A DNA stretch of 64,000 nt from an uncultured virus (IMG/VR IMGVR_UViG_3300032167_000100) (lineage: Duplodnaviria; Heunggongvirae; Uroviricota; Caudoviricetes): IMG/VR virus record IMGVR_UViG_3300032167_000100; one strand, 5' to 3'. A program made the position numbers and the translations under genes. Positions 51,834-63,000 of this stretch are shown piece after piece. The notes under the pieces are model-generated. The model made no database searches. It was given only the letters and a program-made list of their open reading frames with translations, and was not told the DNA's origin. Position 1 is the stretch's first letter; each line of letters starts with the position of its first letter.

Positions 51834-54800
51834 CTACCTCTCAGATTTCAGCGCAAGCGCCGCGTTGAAGTATCTTGTTTGGTTTCTTTGCTTGGTTGAA
51901 AGCCCGAAGCAAACACCATGAATATAGAAAGCCGCATATGCGTTGCTCCATGTTTTACCATCTTTATCTATAACTGGTACATTATTATGAGTTACTAAAC
52001 CTCCTTGATACCAATATGGAATATTATCCGGAGTGCGAAGCCACCAGTATGTATAGTTAGGTGAGTCGTTGATGAGGAACTTCTTACGGACGGCAGTTCT
52101 GCCGCCGTTTGACGCAACACTCGGCTGGTAGAACTGATAAGCATCACCTTCATACATATATGGATCTGTAGCGTTATACATACCAGCCTCAGATAAGCTG
52201 TAAAGGAACATCTTATCTTTGGTCTCATTAATGACTTTGTGCAAGCCACCAATGTTGGTATATTTCAGTACAGTTTCGGATACTTGCTTTACTTCATCGG
52301 GAAGTGCATTGAAGTGTGCACCGTTACCGTTAGTACGAGCAATACAATCTCTCCAACCAGTAAGGTTCCAAGAGTTGTAGTAAGATATATCGACAGTATT
52401 ACCAGCACTTACAGGAATACCGATTCTTGCTCCTCTTGTCAGACACAAACATTCAGAAGCTTCATCACGGACGATTTCACCCAGAGTTGCATCAAAGTAA
52501 AGAGCAGTCGACGGATCGGGTGTCTCGGCACCATCGAAATATCCAGTTACGAGAGAATCATTAACAGTTCCGTTATATTTTCTCTTCGCAATCTTACCAC
52601 CGTATTGGGTATTAACAGGAAGGTTTACATAGTTAGCTGTAGTAGAAGAGTTGAAGTTGAAACCTGTTACAGTTGCACCTCTGGTAACTTTGATCGAAGA
52701 GATACAAGTCGTACCATTTGCAACCAACCACAGAATATCAGCATCTGCACCAGCGGGATGAGTATAGGATGCGAGGTTGTTAGTTGCCTCACCGTAGTCA
52801 GAGAGACCAACATACATATCCTTCATTCCATGAGAAGCAGAATACAACTGCGATTTTTCAGGTAACAAATCCTTCATTCCGAATGTCATAGGACATACAC
52901 CCATGTCTTCGGATTTATCTGTGAAGAGACCGACCAATTCCCACCACATGTTGGGAAGACCAGTTCCTTCAGTAACTTCTGCACCACCGTTACAGTTCGA
53001 GTAAGAAGATCCGGTAGGATATTCAAGCTTGGTATGCTTACATTCACCAACCTGAATCCACTTCTCAGTAACAACACCTTCACCTCTATCAATATCGAGA
53101 GAAAGCTTAGCGTTATAAGGCGTAGAGGTAGTACAGTCAGATGTATCGAGATATCCTTCTCTACCAAGAGCAGCGAGCTCATACCAAGTAAGGTTACAGA
53201 GTCTGTCATCCATATTGTAAGCAGTACGGGTTACGTTCTCTGTATCAAGGTCGAGACGGATTCGATAAGTCTCATACTTCCATCTGGGAGGAAGTAGGAA
53301 GAGTCTGATACCGGTACCATCCTGGAGATAACCGAGCTTAGTATTCAGATGAGCCTGAAGGACTTCATCATTTGTAAGTGCGGCACCAGAAGGATAGCTT
53401 ACAGCATCATAGTATTTATAAGCTTTATTGTAGTACTCAAGCTTAGTGAGAACTACACCAGCTTCATCTACATTAAAGGAATCAAGACCGTAGCCGGTAG
53501 AATGCTTATAACCGAAATCGAAGCGATTAAACTCAACTCTATCCTCGATAAGAATGAGAGAGTTAGCAACGATTTCATCACTAGCAGTTCCACGGATTAT
53601 AATCGTATACTCTACGTTCGGTTGTACGTTTCTTGTGAGTACACAGTTTCCTGCGTAAAGAACGTTTTCCGAGATAAAGATCTTGAATCCATTTGTATGG
53701 TTAGAGGGAGAAGCATCGAGAACCATATACATACCAGATGCACCAGTATGTCTGAATCTACAGAGAAGTGTATATTCATCGTTTCTGGTTCTGAAAGTCT
53801 TCAGGTTATAACCATGGATAGGAAGAGAAACTTCCTGAATATGGTCAGACGAGGAGATATCGAGTTCCTGAAGCGAGTTACAAGAGTCGAGATAAAGTGC
53901 AGAAACGTTACTACACTCATCGAATGCACCTGCAGCGATAGACTCAATAGACGCCGGAATAACGCTGAAGTTAACCTTGTCACAGTTATAGAATGCCCTC
54001 TCACCGATTTCTTTAATTCCGGAAGGAAGCTCACTGATAGAGAGGTTGGAACAACCTTCGAAGCAGGACCTACCAATTACCTTAAGACTATCAGGAAGTC
54101 TGAAGTCTTTGATAACAGTATTACCTTTGAAGCAAGCTTCTTCAAATTCATCGATCGAACAACCATCCGTAAAGCTCATGTCTTCACAGTGACTGAAGAA
54201 ATATTGTGCATCAGCATTCGTGTCCATGTTAAAGACGTCAGGACCGATCGCAACAATGTGACCTTCGGTACCAGTACTATTGATATAAGTAGGACCGAAC
54301 ATGAAGATTTCCGGAGGCTGAAGACTTTTATTTTTGATAAGATTAGAGTAGTCGACGAGCTTAAATCCGATTTGACCTTCGCCAAGATCTACCTCGTCAA
54401 ATGTGAAGTATGTGTCATAGTCTCTACCTTTGGTAGGTTCATATGCCATAAGCTTCTGAATAGAGAACTGAAGTGCTCCCCAACCATTCTCATAACCATT
54501 AGAAGGTACATAGGCATTAGACAAGCCGCTGTAGAATCTAAAGTTAAGGATAGACGATGCACCGCAATCCTCAAACGCATCTACTGCGATAGATGTATTT
54601 CCAGCTACACCAGACAAACCGGTACCGTTAGCTGCAGAACCGAAAGAAAGGCTTCCAACAATTCCCACACAACCAGCGAATGCTCGTTTACCGATAGATG
54701 TTACCGATGCAGGGATATAGCTGAGTGTCATATTTGTACAGGTATCAAATGCATGATCAGGAATAGTTACAAGTCTATTTGAGATCGTTGCCATTCTCAT

Positions 54801-56996
54801 TGCAGTACAGCTCATGAATGCTTTCGCACCGATTTCAGTTACTGTATTAGGAAGAGCGGCAAAACGAACGTTGTAACAGCCTTCAAATGCAGATTCTCCG
54901 ATACGAACAATATTCTCAGGGAATGCAGAGAATGTGACATTGACACAAGACTTAAAGGTACCAGCATTAATAGCCTGAATATTCGGAGGGAATATCGAGA
55001 AGGTTACATTCAAACAAGAGTAGAATGCATACTCTCCAATCGATGTAATTCCATTAGGCAAGCTATCAAAAGAAACTTTCTTACACTCATAGAATGCGTT
55101 TGCCCCGATCTCAGTAAGAGTCGAAGGAAGTTCATCGAATTCTACGTTTGCACAGTTCTTAAATGCGTTGGCACCAATTTTGGTAGTACCAGTAATGAAG
55201 TTAGAGAATGTAACAAGAGTACATCCCTCATAGACTCCATCGGGGATAATTGTCATTCCGGAAGGAAGTTCACTAAATGTTACTTTAGCACATCCACTGA
55301 AGCATTCTGCAGGGAGAGTTGTCAAGCTTTCCGGAAGTTCAGAAAGGGTAATATTAGCACATCCCTTAAAACACGCATCTCCAAGAGATGCCAAAGTAGC
55401 AGGAAGACTAGCCAATTTAATAGCAGCACAGTTAGTGAAACCATGGCTACCGATTGTAGTCAGTCCTGAAGGAAGTGTGCTCAGACTGATCTTGTTACAC
55501 TCATTGAATGCATAATCGGGAATAGCTGTCAGTACAGAAGGAATTCTGGTAGCTTCCCAATTATTACATCCGTCGAAGCAGTGAGCTCCGATAGTTGTAA
55601 CAGTATCAGGAATATCAAAGTTTTCCAAGTTAGTACAACCATAGAAAGCATATGCACCGTAGGTAGTGATATCTTCGGTAATGATAATACTTTCAAGCTG
55701 TTCACAACCAGAGAATGCACCAGCTCCAATTTCACCGGACAGAATTGTTATATTTCTCAATCCTGCAGGCATATAGAAGCTGTGCACGTCGCCGTCTCCA
55801 TCGCCATATTTCTGATTAACTACGATAGTAGGCTTATCGCCTGTACCGTACTGATTGGTCGAGAAAATACGACCGAACAGAGCATCAGCAACAGTTGACG
55901 GGTCGATATGTCTTCCGACGAAAGGCAACTGCAAGCTTACAAGTGAATACAAACCACTGAGAAGATTCTCGGGAAGCTGAACGATACCTTTAGGAAGGCT
56001 GAGGCTTTCCATATTGATAGCACCAGTAAAGATAGCAGTATCAGCGATGGTATACTCAGGTTTAGCCTGAGAAGTTCCTCTGTCGTATGCAGCAAAGTAT
56101 TCATCAAAGTGAGCGTTGATCAGATATGCGTTCTTAGCAACGTTACCAAGCAAGAATGCACCATTGTTTAAGTTCCAAGGACCTCTTGCAATGAACGAAA
56201 TTGTATATTCGCCGGGGTTGTAAATATGAGTCAAAGATTCACCAACAATAGGACTTCCGTCTTCGGCAACACCACCACAAACCTGAGAAGTTCCATCACC
56301 CCAGATGACAGTCATGATACTATCATCGTACTTCTGTACATTGATGGTTACCTCAAATTCACCGGCTGTTGTCTTCTTAATGTCAAAGTGTGTGAATCCA
56401 GATCCAGTACTCATCTTCTCATACTCGGACTGAGTAATAATAAGGTGAGCATAATTTTGCCAGTTCGGTGCACTTGTATATGCAGTACGAACTGTGTTAC
56501 CTACCGAGTCAGGGACAACAAAGATACGGTCTGCACTATTCTCTTCGAATGTGTTCATACCGATCTCGGGAGGAGTAGTTCTTGTCATAAGGACGAATTT
56601 AATACCCTTACAACCATAGAAAGCGTAATCCTGAATGATTTCCACTGAATCGGGGATGGATACTCTTTGAATATCCGTATTCATGCTAAAAGCATGGGTT
56701 CCGATAACGGTAACAGGAAGATCGCCGTTATCGTAGTATTTAGGAATACCGAGCAAGGTCTGACCTTCGAATGCTGTCGTATATCCGTTTCCGGCACTAT
56801 TTGTACCTTTACCTACACGATAGCGGGAAATATCAGAACCAGAAGCAGCGGCATTGCTCGCATTCAGACCATCATACACAAGACCTTTTGAACCGGAGTA
56901 GTACAATCTATTTCTATATGTAGTTCCCCATGTATTGTGATCGAGGTAATCATAGTACTGAGAATACGGGACAAATATTTTTCCCTGATTCTTCAT
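51834..56996 (-). CDS. BspA-type LRR protein with C-terminal WWLRTP...GVCFG (DUF6273/C-type-lectin-like) domain; putative receptor-binding protein
   Basis: Many IGxxAFxxCxxL repeats, WGDG PKD-like motif, DKMFLYSLSE, WWLRTP, GVCFG; AGGAGG RBS. Confidence 0.85.
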   Translation of the reverse strand: MKNQGKIFVPYSQYYDYLDHNTWGTTYRNRLYYSGSKGLVYDGLNASNAAASGSDISRYRVGKGTNSAGNGYTTAFEGQTLLGIPKYYDNGDLPVTVIGTHAFSMNTDIQRVSIPDSVEIIQDYAFYGCKGIKFVLMTRTTPPEIGMNTFEENSADRIFVVPDSVGNTVRTAYTSAPNWQNYAHLIITQSEYEKMSTGSGFTHFDIKKTTAGEFEVTINVQKYDDSIMTVIWGDGTSQVCGGVAEDGSPIVGESLTHIYNPGEYTISFIARGPWNLNNGAFLLGNVAKNAYLINAHFDEYFAAYDRGTSQAKPEYTIADTAIFTGAINMESLSLPKGIVQLPENLLSGLYSLVSLQLPFVGRHIDPSTVADALFGRIFSTNQYGTGDKPTIVVNQKYGDGDGDVHSFYMPAGLRNITILSGEIGAGAFSGCEQLESIIITEDITTYGAYAFYGCTNLENFDIPDTVTTIGAHCFDGCNNWEATRIPSVLTAIPDYAFNECNKISLSTLPSGLTTIGSHGFTNCAAIKLASLPATLASLGDACFKGCANITLSELPESLTTLPAECFSGCAKVTFSELPSGMTIIPDGVYEGCTLVTFSNFITGTTKIGANAFKNCANVEFDELPSTLTEIGANAFYECKKVSFDSLPNGITSIGEYAFYSCLNVTFSIFPPNIQAINAGTFKSCVNVTFSAFPENIVRIGESAFEGCYNVRFAALPNTVTEIGAKAFMSCTAMRMATISNRLVTIPDHAFDTCTNMTLSYIPASVTSIGKRAFAGCVGIVGSLSFGSAANGTGLSGVAGNTSIAVDAFEDCGASSILNFRFYSGLSNAYVPSNGYENGWGALQFSIQKLMAYEPTKGRDYDTYFTFDEVDLGEGQIGFKLVDYSNLIKNKSLQPPEIFMFGPTYINSTGTEGHIVAIGPDVFNMDTNADAQYFFSHCEDMSFTDGCSIDEFEEACFKGNTVIKDFRLPDSLKVIGRSCFEGCSNLSISELPSGIKEIGERAFYNCDKVNFSVIPASIESIAAGAFDECSNVSALYLDSCNSLQELDISSSDHIQEVSLPIHGYNLKTFRTRNDEYTLLCRFRHTGASGMYMVLDASPSNHTNGFKIFISENVLYAGNCVLTRNVQPNVEYTIIIRGTASDEIVANSLILIEDRVEFNRFDFGYKHSTGYGLDSFNVDEAGVVLTKLEYYNKAYKYYDAVSYPSGAALTNDEVLQAHLNTKLGYLQDGTGIRLFLLPPRWKYETYRIRLDLDTENVTRTAYNMDDRLCNLTWYELAALGREGYLDTSDCTTSTPYNAKLSLDIDRGEGVVTEKWIQVGECKHTKLEYPTGSSYSNCNGGAEVTEGTGLPNMWWELVGLFTDKSEDMGVCPMTFGMKDLLPEKSQLYSASHGMKDMYVGLSDYGEATNNLASYTHPAGADADILWLVANGTTCISSIKVTRGATVTGFNFNSSTTANYVNLPVNTQYGGKIAKRKYNGTVNDSLVTGYFDGAETPDPSTALYFDATLGEIVRDEASECLCLTRGARIGIPVSAGNTVDISYYNSWNLTGWRDCIARTNGNGAHFNALPDEVKQVSETVLKYTNIGGLHKVINETKDKMFLYSLSEAGMYNATDPYMYEGDAYQFYQPSVASNGGRTAVRKKFLINDSPNYTYWWLRTPDNIPYWYQGGLVTHNNVPVIDKDGKTWSNAYAAFYIHGVCFGLSTKQRNQTRYFNAALALKSER
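51912..52034 (-). other. variable-loop (expression) site matching the cassette boundaries
   Basis: ACT CCG ... CAT GGT GTT, 41 codons: TPDNIPYWYQGGLVTHNNVPVIDKDGKTWSNAYAAFYIHGV. Confidence 0.75.
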
Positions 56997-57011
56997 GAGT
57001 TTCCTCCTGAA

Positions 57012-57051
57012 TAAAAAATTTCTCTAAGGGACCATATAGATCCCTTAGAGA
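57012..57051 (-). terminator. terminator-like hairpin between the two LRR genes
   Basis: TCTCTAAGGGA...TCCCTTAGAGA then AATTTTTTAT on the minus strand. Confidence 0.7.
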
Positions 57052-57068
57052 TTTGTAGTACTTAATTA

Positions 57069-60000
57069 TTAGAAAGTCGTGCTCGTTACGCTAGGTATTG
57101 CATCAGTATCCAGAATTACTCTATAGAGTTCATTACAGCTATTGAATGCATTTGCACCAAGCGATTGGATCTTTTCGAGCGTTACGTTAGGAAGCGAGCT
57201 ACATCCGGCAAATGCGCCACTCTGAATTTCTTCAACGTTGTTAAGGTTGATATATTCCAGATGTGAACAGTAAGCGAATGCATTCGAACCAATTACAGTA
57301 ACAGATTTAGGCAGGTTTACAGCAACCATTTCTGCATTACTACAGTTGGTCATGAAGTTATTACCCACCTTGGTATATTTGCTCAGATACATGCCAGGGA
57401 GAGAGATCGTCTTCATACCAGTAGCGCCATAGAACATATTTGCTCCGTAGTCTTCAATATGCTCATCAAGGATGGCAGAATTGATACGAGAGTTGTAGCT
57501 CTGGCTACCGAGAATATAAGTACCGCACTTCCAATTGCCTCTGTTGACAATCTTGATAGTAAAGGTATTCTTCTCACTAGTATCGTAAAGACAATGCTTA
57601 GGTTCTCCGACATATTCACCGTCAACAGTAGCTATAGTATAGTTATATCTCATCTCCTGCTTACCATCTGCATTTGTATATACCCAAGTATTATACTCTG
57701 CATTAGTAAGTACATAACGGTTATGATTATAATTCTTCTCATACTGATCGGAATGTGTACGGTTTGCTCTGTTGAACTGAACGCCAACACCGAGAATCTT
57801 GCCATTACCATCCACTGCCCTATCGACAGGAATGTTGCCTTCAGCATCGGGTTCGCCACAGTAAGAAGTCCACGAATAAGTTCCATCACCCCAAATGATC
57901 GTAGTCAATTCAGGTTTGTAGATGGTTTCTTCGTGACCAGTTGTATTATTAAATTTGGTAACCGGTGTCGGATACTTGGTAATTGAAATACCAAAGTTGT
58001 CATTCATATTAACAGTTACCTCAAGAGTAGTGATACCACTCTCAAAATCATCCTTATCAATGATAAAGATCTCATAAGTTGACCAGTTGGTAGCATTTAC
58101 GAAGTTAGGTGTTGCGTCCTTAGGAACGACAAAGAGTCTATCATAAGCATTATTTTCAAATGCATCGATATTAACCATAGCAACGTTGCTACCCATACTT
58201 GCACTCATATTAACTGTCGAAAGAGATGTACAACCGTAAAAGGCTTTGCTACCAATCGAATTGACACCAATACCGATATCTGCACTTGTAAGTCTTTCAG
58301 ATCCTTCAAATGCCGAAGTACCAATGGTCTCAACGGCTGCAGGAATCTTGATACTGGTAAGTCCACACTGATAGAATGCTTTATTACCAATAGACTTACA
58401 GGTCTCAGGGATTGCAAGAGTTTGAGTTCTTACTCCCGCAAATGCAGAAGGTCCGATACTCAAGAGGTTAGATCCCATCTCAAAGCTAATCGAGTAGGGA
58501 AGGTTATTTCCAGTAGGTGCTACGCCATAGAATGCATTAGGACCAATATAGTCCACACTTGCAGGAATTACGAATCCACCAGTTCCGGTATTATCCGTAA
58601 AGTTTACAAGGTTAGTACATCCATAGAAGCACTCTTCAGGAATAGATTCAATTGTATTAGCAAGACGAATACCAGAGAGGTTAGCACACATATAGAAGGA
58701 TCTCTCACCAAGTTCAGCAAGTTCACCCTCAAACTTAAGGTTAGCATTCGAGCATCTCCAGAACATATCGTCTGTTACCTGAACGATAACAAAGCTGATA
58801 GTTGCCGAAGCGAGTCCTGCCGCACCGTAGAATGCGTGGTCTCCGATACGAGTCAAAGCGGTGGTAAATGCAAACTTCGAATTCTTTACACCATAACAAG
58901 CATAAGGTCTTACGATAGTTGTGTTACCATTGATTATGATCTGGCTTGTGTTGGACTTACCCATAGGATATGCAACAAGTTCAGTGTAAGAATTAGCATA
59001 CAAGATACCATCTACACTATTGAACTTAGCATTACCTGTACAAGCGATAGAATTCAGCTTGGGAGGTGTTCCAATATAGTTACCATTTGCATCCAGCTCA
59101 GAGATCATGAATGCACGATCATAAATAGTTTTAACGTTCTGGGTAATAGCGATCTGTTCCATATTTACACAACCCTTGAAGCAGTCGTAGTAAATACCAA
59201 CAGTGGACTCAGCAAGAGTATTGTTCGCAACATCGGGATCAACCGTAGAGATAGCCCAGAGATACTGGTTTGTCGAGTTGCCGAGGTACTTGATATTACC
59301 AGAAGTATTATATTGAATTGCAGTATTTTTAAGAGCGTCTACACCGATTTCTTCAAGAGATGCAGGAACTGCAAGTGTGGCAAGGTTGGCACATCCGTTG
59401 AATACCGAATCACCAATAGATACAACACCGGCAGGAAGTTCTACACTAGTCAAGCTAGAGCATGCAGCGAATGCACCGGCTCCAACGTTACGAAGTGTAA
59501 TAGCAAAACTCAATCCATTAATGGTAGAAAGTCCAGTACAGTTAGCAAATGCACCAACACCAATATCAGAAATCGGGCAGTTGCCGTCGATTGTAAAGGT
59601 CTGGAGACTTGCAATGTTCTGGAATGCACCGAACGGAATGCGTTCTGTCTTAAGCAGATGAATCTCTCTGATCGAGCTAGGAATATAGTATTCCTCAAAC
59701 TCGGTCTCATTGAAGTATTGAGTTGTAGGTGCGATATTAGATTCCTTCATAAGATCAACGTAATCTCTGTTATAAACCATGATGTTGTCATCGTTCATAA
59801 TCGAAGTGATTACATAAGGTGTCGATCCATTCGGGAAGGTATAGTAAGTTTCTTTATAGGTAGCTCCCTCAGTGATTTCAACGATAGTGTCATAGCCCTG
59901 AGATGCAACAGAGTTACGGATGTAGATGCTACTTCCGCTAGGTCCTGCTACAAACTTGAGCATGTTTACCATTACAGGAACTTCAGGCGTTCCAGTGTTA

Positions 60001-63000
60001 ACATCGACAGACATAATAGTTGTCTCTGTACCATAAGAAATGGCTTTTTCTGTATCAAAGAAGATGGTCTTTCCAGTAAGATTATCACCAACCTTAACAG
60101 AGTCAGGGTTGATCTGATAACCGAAGAAGTATCCGAATACAGAGTCATATGTCTTATTAGAGTCTTTAGTTCTGCCGACATAGGGAACTTTCATGATTTG
60201 AATTGCGTTACATTTATTGAATACAAAGTCGCCGATATACTCTACCGATACAGGAAGAGCAACCGTTGTAATATTCTGGCAGTTATAGAATGCGTAGTCT
60301 TCGAGTCTCTTAAGTCCCTCATTAAAGGTAACCGTTCCAACACCGCAGTTAGCAAATGCATAAGACTGGATAATCTCTGCACCAGTGCCAAGTACCACAG
60401 TATTGACAGCACTACAGTTCTCAAAGACAGATTCCTCGATAACTTTTACGTTATTAGGAATAGTAACCGTACCAGCAATAGCTGTACCCTTGAAGGCTTT
60501 GCTATTGATATACTTTGTATTAGACGACGCTTCCATCGTCAAATTTGTAAGAGTTATAATGCCTTCACAAGCAGATTCTGCAATAAGCAGAGTGCTGCTG
60601 TCAACGGGAAGTCTGGTAGTTCCACTCTCAACACAGAGGAGATACTTACCATTGTTAGAATCAAGATAGAGTGCCTTACCGCCACCGGTGGATACCCAGT
60701 GTTTATCAGTAGTATGAGTAGCAGCCTCTTCATAAGTACCAGCAAATGCAGTACCATTAAAGACAGTCTTACCCGTACCGATATATTCAAGGTCAATACC
60801 GTTTGCAAGAGTTACCGTTGCAAGATTCCTACATCCGTTAAATGCACCAGCATTAATTCTCTTTGTAGATCTTGGAATAGTAATTTCGGTGAGATTTTCA
60901 CAACCGCCAAATGCACTCAAACCGATTTCACGGAGAGAGCCAGGAAGCGTGATATTTTCAGCTGTGCTAGACTGGAATGCATAGCTACCGATTACCTCAG
61001 TCTTAGAAACACTGCCCCAGTTGATATCCATCCTCGAGTTAGCAAATGCATGCTCTTCAATGGTTACCAAGCTATCAGGGATATTTCTTTCTCTGGGTTG
61101 GCAGTTAACTTTCATATATTCACTTGCACAGTTATTGAATGCGTACTTACCAATATTTGTAATAGTCGGGTTACCCGTCCACATGATAGTGGCAGTACAG
61201 TTGTTAAATACATTCTCACCAAGATGCTTTACAGAGTCAGGGATTTCAATTGTCTGCAGGTCGGTACATCCAGAGAATACTTCGTTTCCGATATATTCAA
61301 CTTCAGAACCGGTTTCAAAGTAGACAGCAGTTACACCTCTACCACCAGCAAACATCGAGCTGAAGAGTCTATCTCCCAGAGCCTTGATCGGAATACCATC
61401 AATAGCCTTAGGAATAACGAGCTCAGTATTTCCAGTCTCAGTAAATGCAGATTCGACTTTCGTCAATTTATAGGAAAGCGGGTTTCCATTACCGTCGCTC
61501 TCATAAGCCTCGTAACCATCCTTATAGAATGCAGGGTTCAGAGGAGCAGAGGTATAACCCGAGATAAAGTGTGAATAGATACATTCGTTCTTAGAAATGC
61601 TCGGAACCACAGGAGACCAGTGGGAGAACATAAGGTTACCATTAGTAGGATACTCAGGGTTGTTATATTCAGGCATATCACCTTCATCAACGAACTCTGT
61701 ATAGATATCCTCATAACCGATAATATGACAAGTGAAATTATCAGTAGAACAGATCTGGTTATTAACGATGATCTGTGCACCACTTGCGTCATACCAGTAA
61801 CCGGTAGATTGAGCGTCAGCAGGAGGCTGTGCTCTGATACCATCGGAAGAGGTATAAACGATGTTGCCATTGTTATCTTTAAGAACGACTTTGTGAGTTA
61901 CAGAAGAGTACATAGCAAGTGTATTATCCGCATTACGGATCCACATGTCATATGTAGCAATTCTCTTATAACGGTTATTTACACCGTCTGTCTGCACATA
62001 TCGGATATGACCTTGGTCATTATATTCCTCAAGTGCAAGATAGTAGTCAGAAGGCGAGTAAGAGGTGATAGCACCATCTACACACCAGTAACTAGAGACG
62101 AGAGATGCTTTAATCTCAACAGAGTCAGTAATTACAGGAGCATTGTCACCTTCAATAGGTTGGTTAGTGTTTGTAGCCAACAGAACAGGGCGGAACATCG
62201 ACTTGTTGATATTATTAGCTCCATTACCAAATGTATCGGTAAGAAGCTCGCAATACCAAGTAGCATCGCCTTCCTCAGCCACGGTACGAACTACTTCCTG
62301 GATATATCCATTGGCACCTGTGGTACCTTCAACCTGAACGTCGGTTGCATTTGTTTTATAGTAGGTTGCATAGAAGAAGTTTGCAGATTCACCAAAAGTA
62401 AATCTAAGAGAACCATCGGCAATGTAGCTTGCCCAGTAGTCAGTCCAAAGCTCTTGGTTAACCTTCGAGACATTATTAACGATGATACTACCAGTAAGTA
62501 CACACTTATCGATTTCTCCACCAGCTTCGGTCAAACCTCCACAAGCCATGAGTTTATTAAGAACATCCTTACCATCAAGTACCCAGTTGACATTAATCAG
62601 ACGAGCATACTTGAGGTTAGTTGCCTTCATTACCAGTTCAGGAATCTCAATACCTGCAACATCCTGGAGATACAGGTGAGTCAGGTTACTGTAATCCTCG
62701 AGACTCAAGTTCTCGATATACTTCTGGTTCTGAAGTTTGAGAGTTGTGATAGATCTAGGAAGCTTCATAACTCTAAGAGATCCGCCGTTAGGAACCAAGA
62801 TCGAAGGAACGTTGGTACCAACTGCATAGATTTCCTGAATATTTGTGCATCCGGTCATATCGATAGAACCTGTGAGTGCATCGCAGTTACTAATGTCAAA
62901 CTTCTGGAGAAGCGGCAGGTTAATAGTGGACATATACTCAGAGGTCAGGTAAGAGTTAGTGTATCCCTCACGAGAAGAACCGATGATAAGGTCCTTAAGC

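Noticed and set aside
51470..51921. ORF-track ORFs 51470-51658 and 51667-51921
   Set aside because: They cross a terminator or lie antisense to the LRR gene; the plausible gene is 51466-51603.
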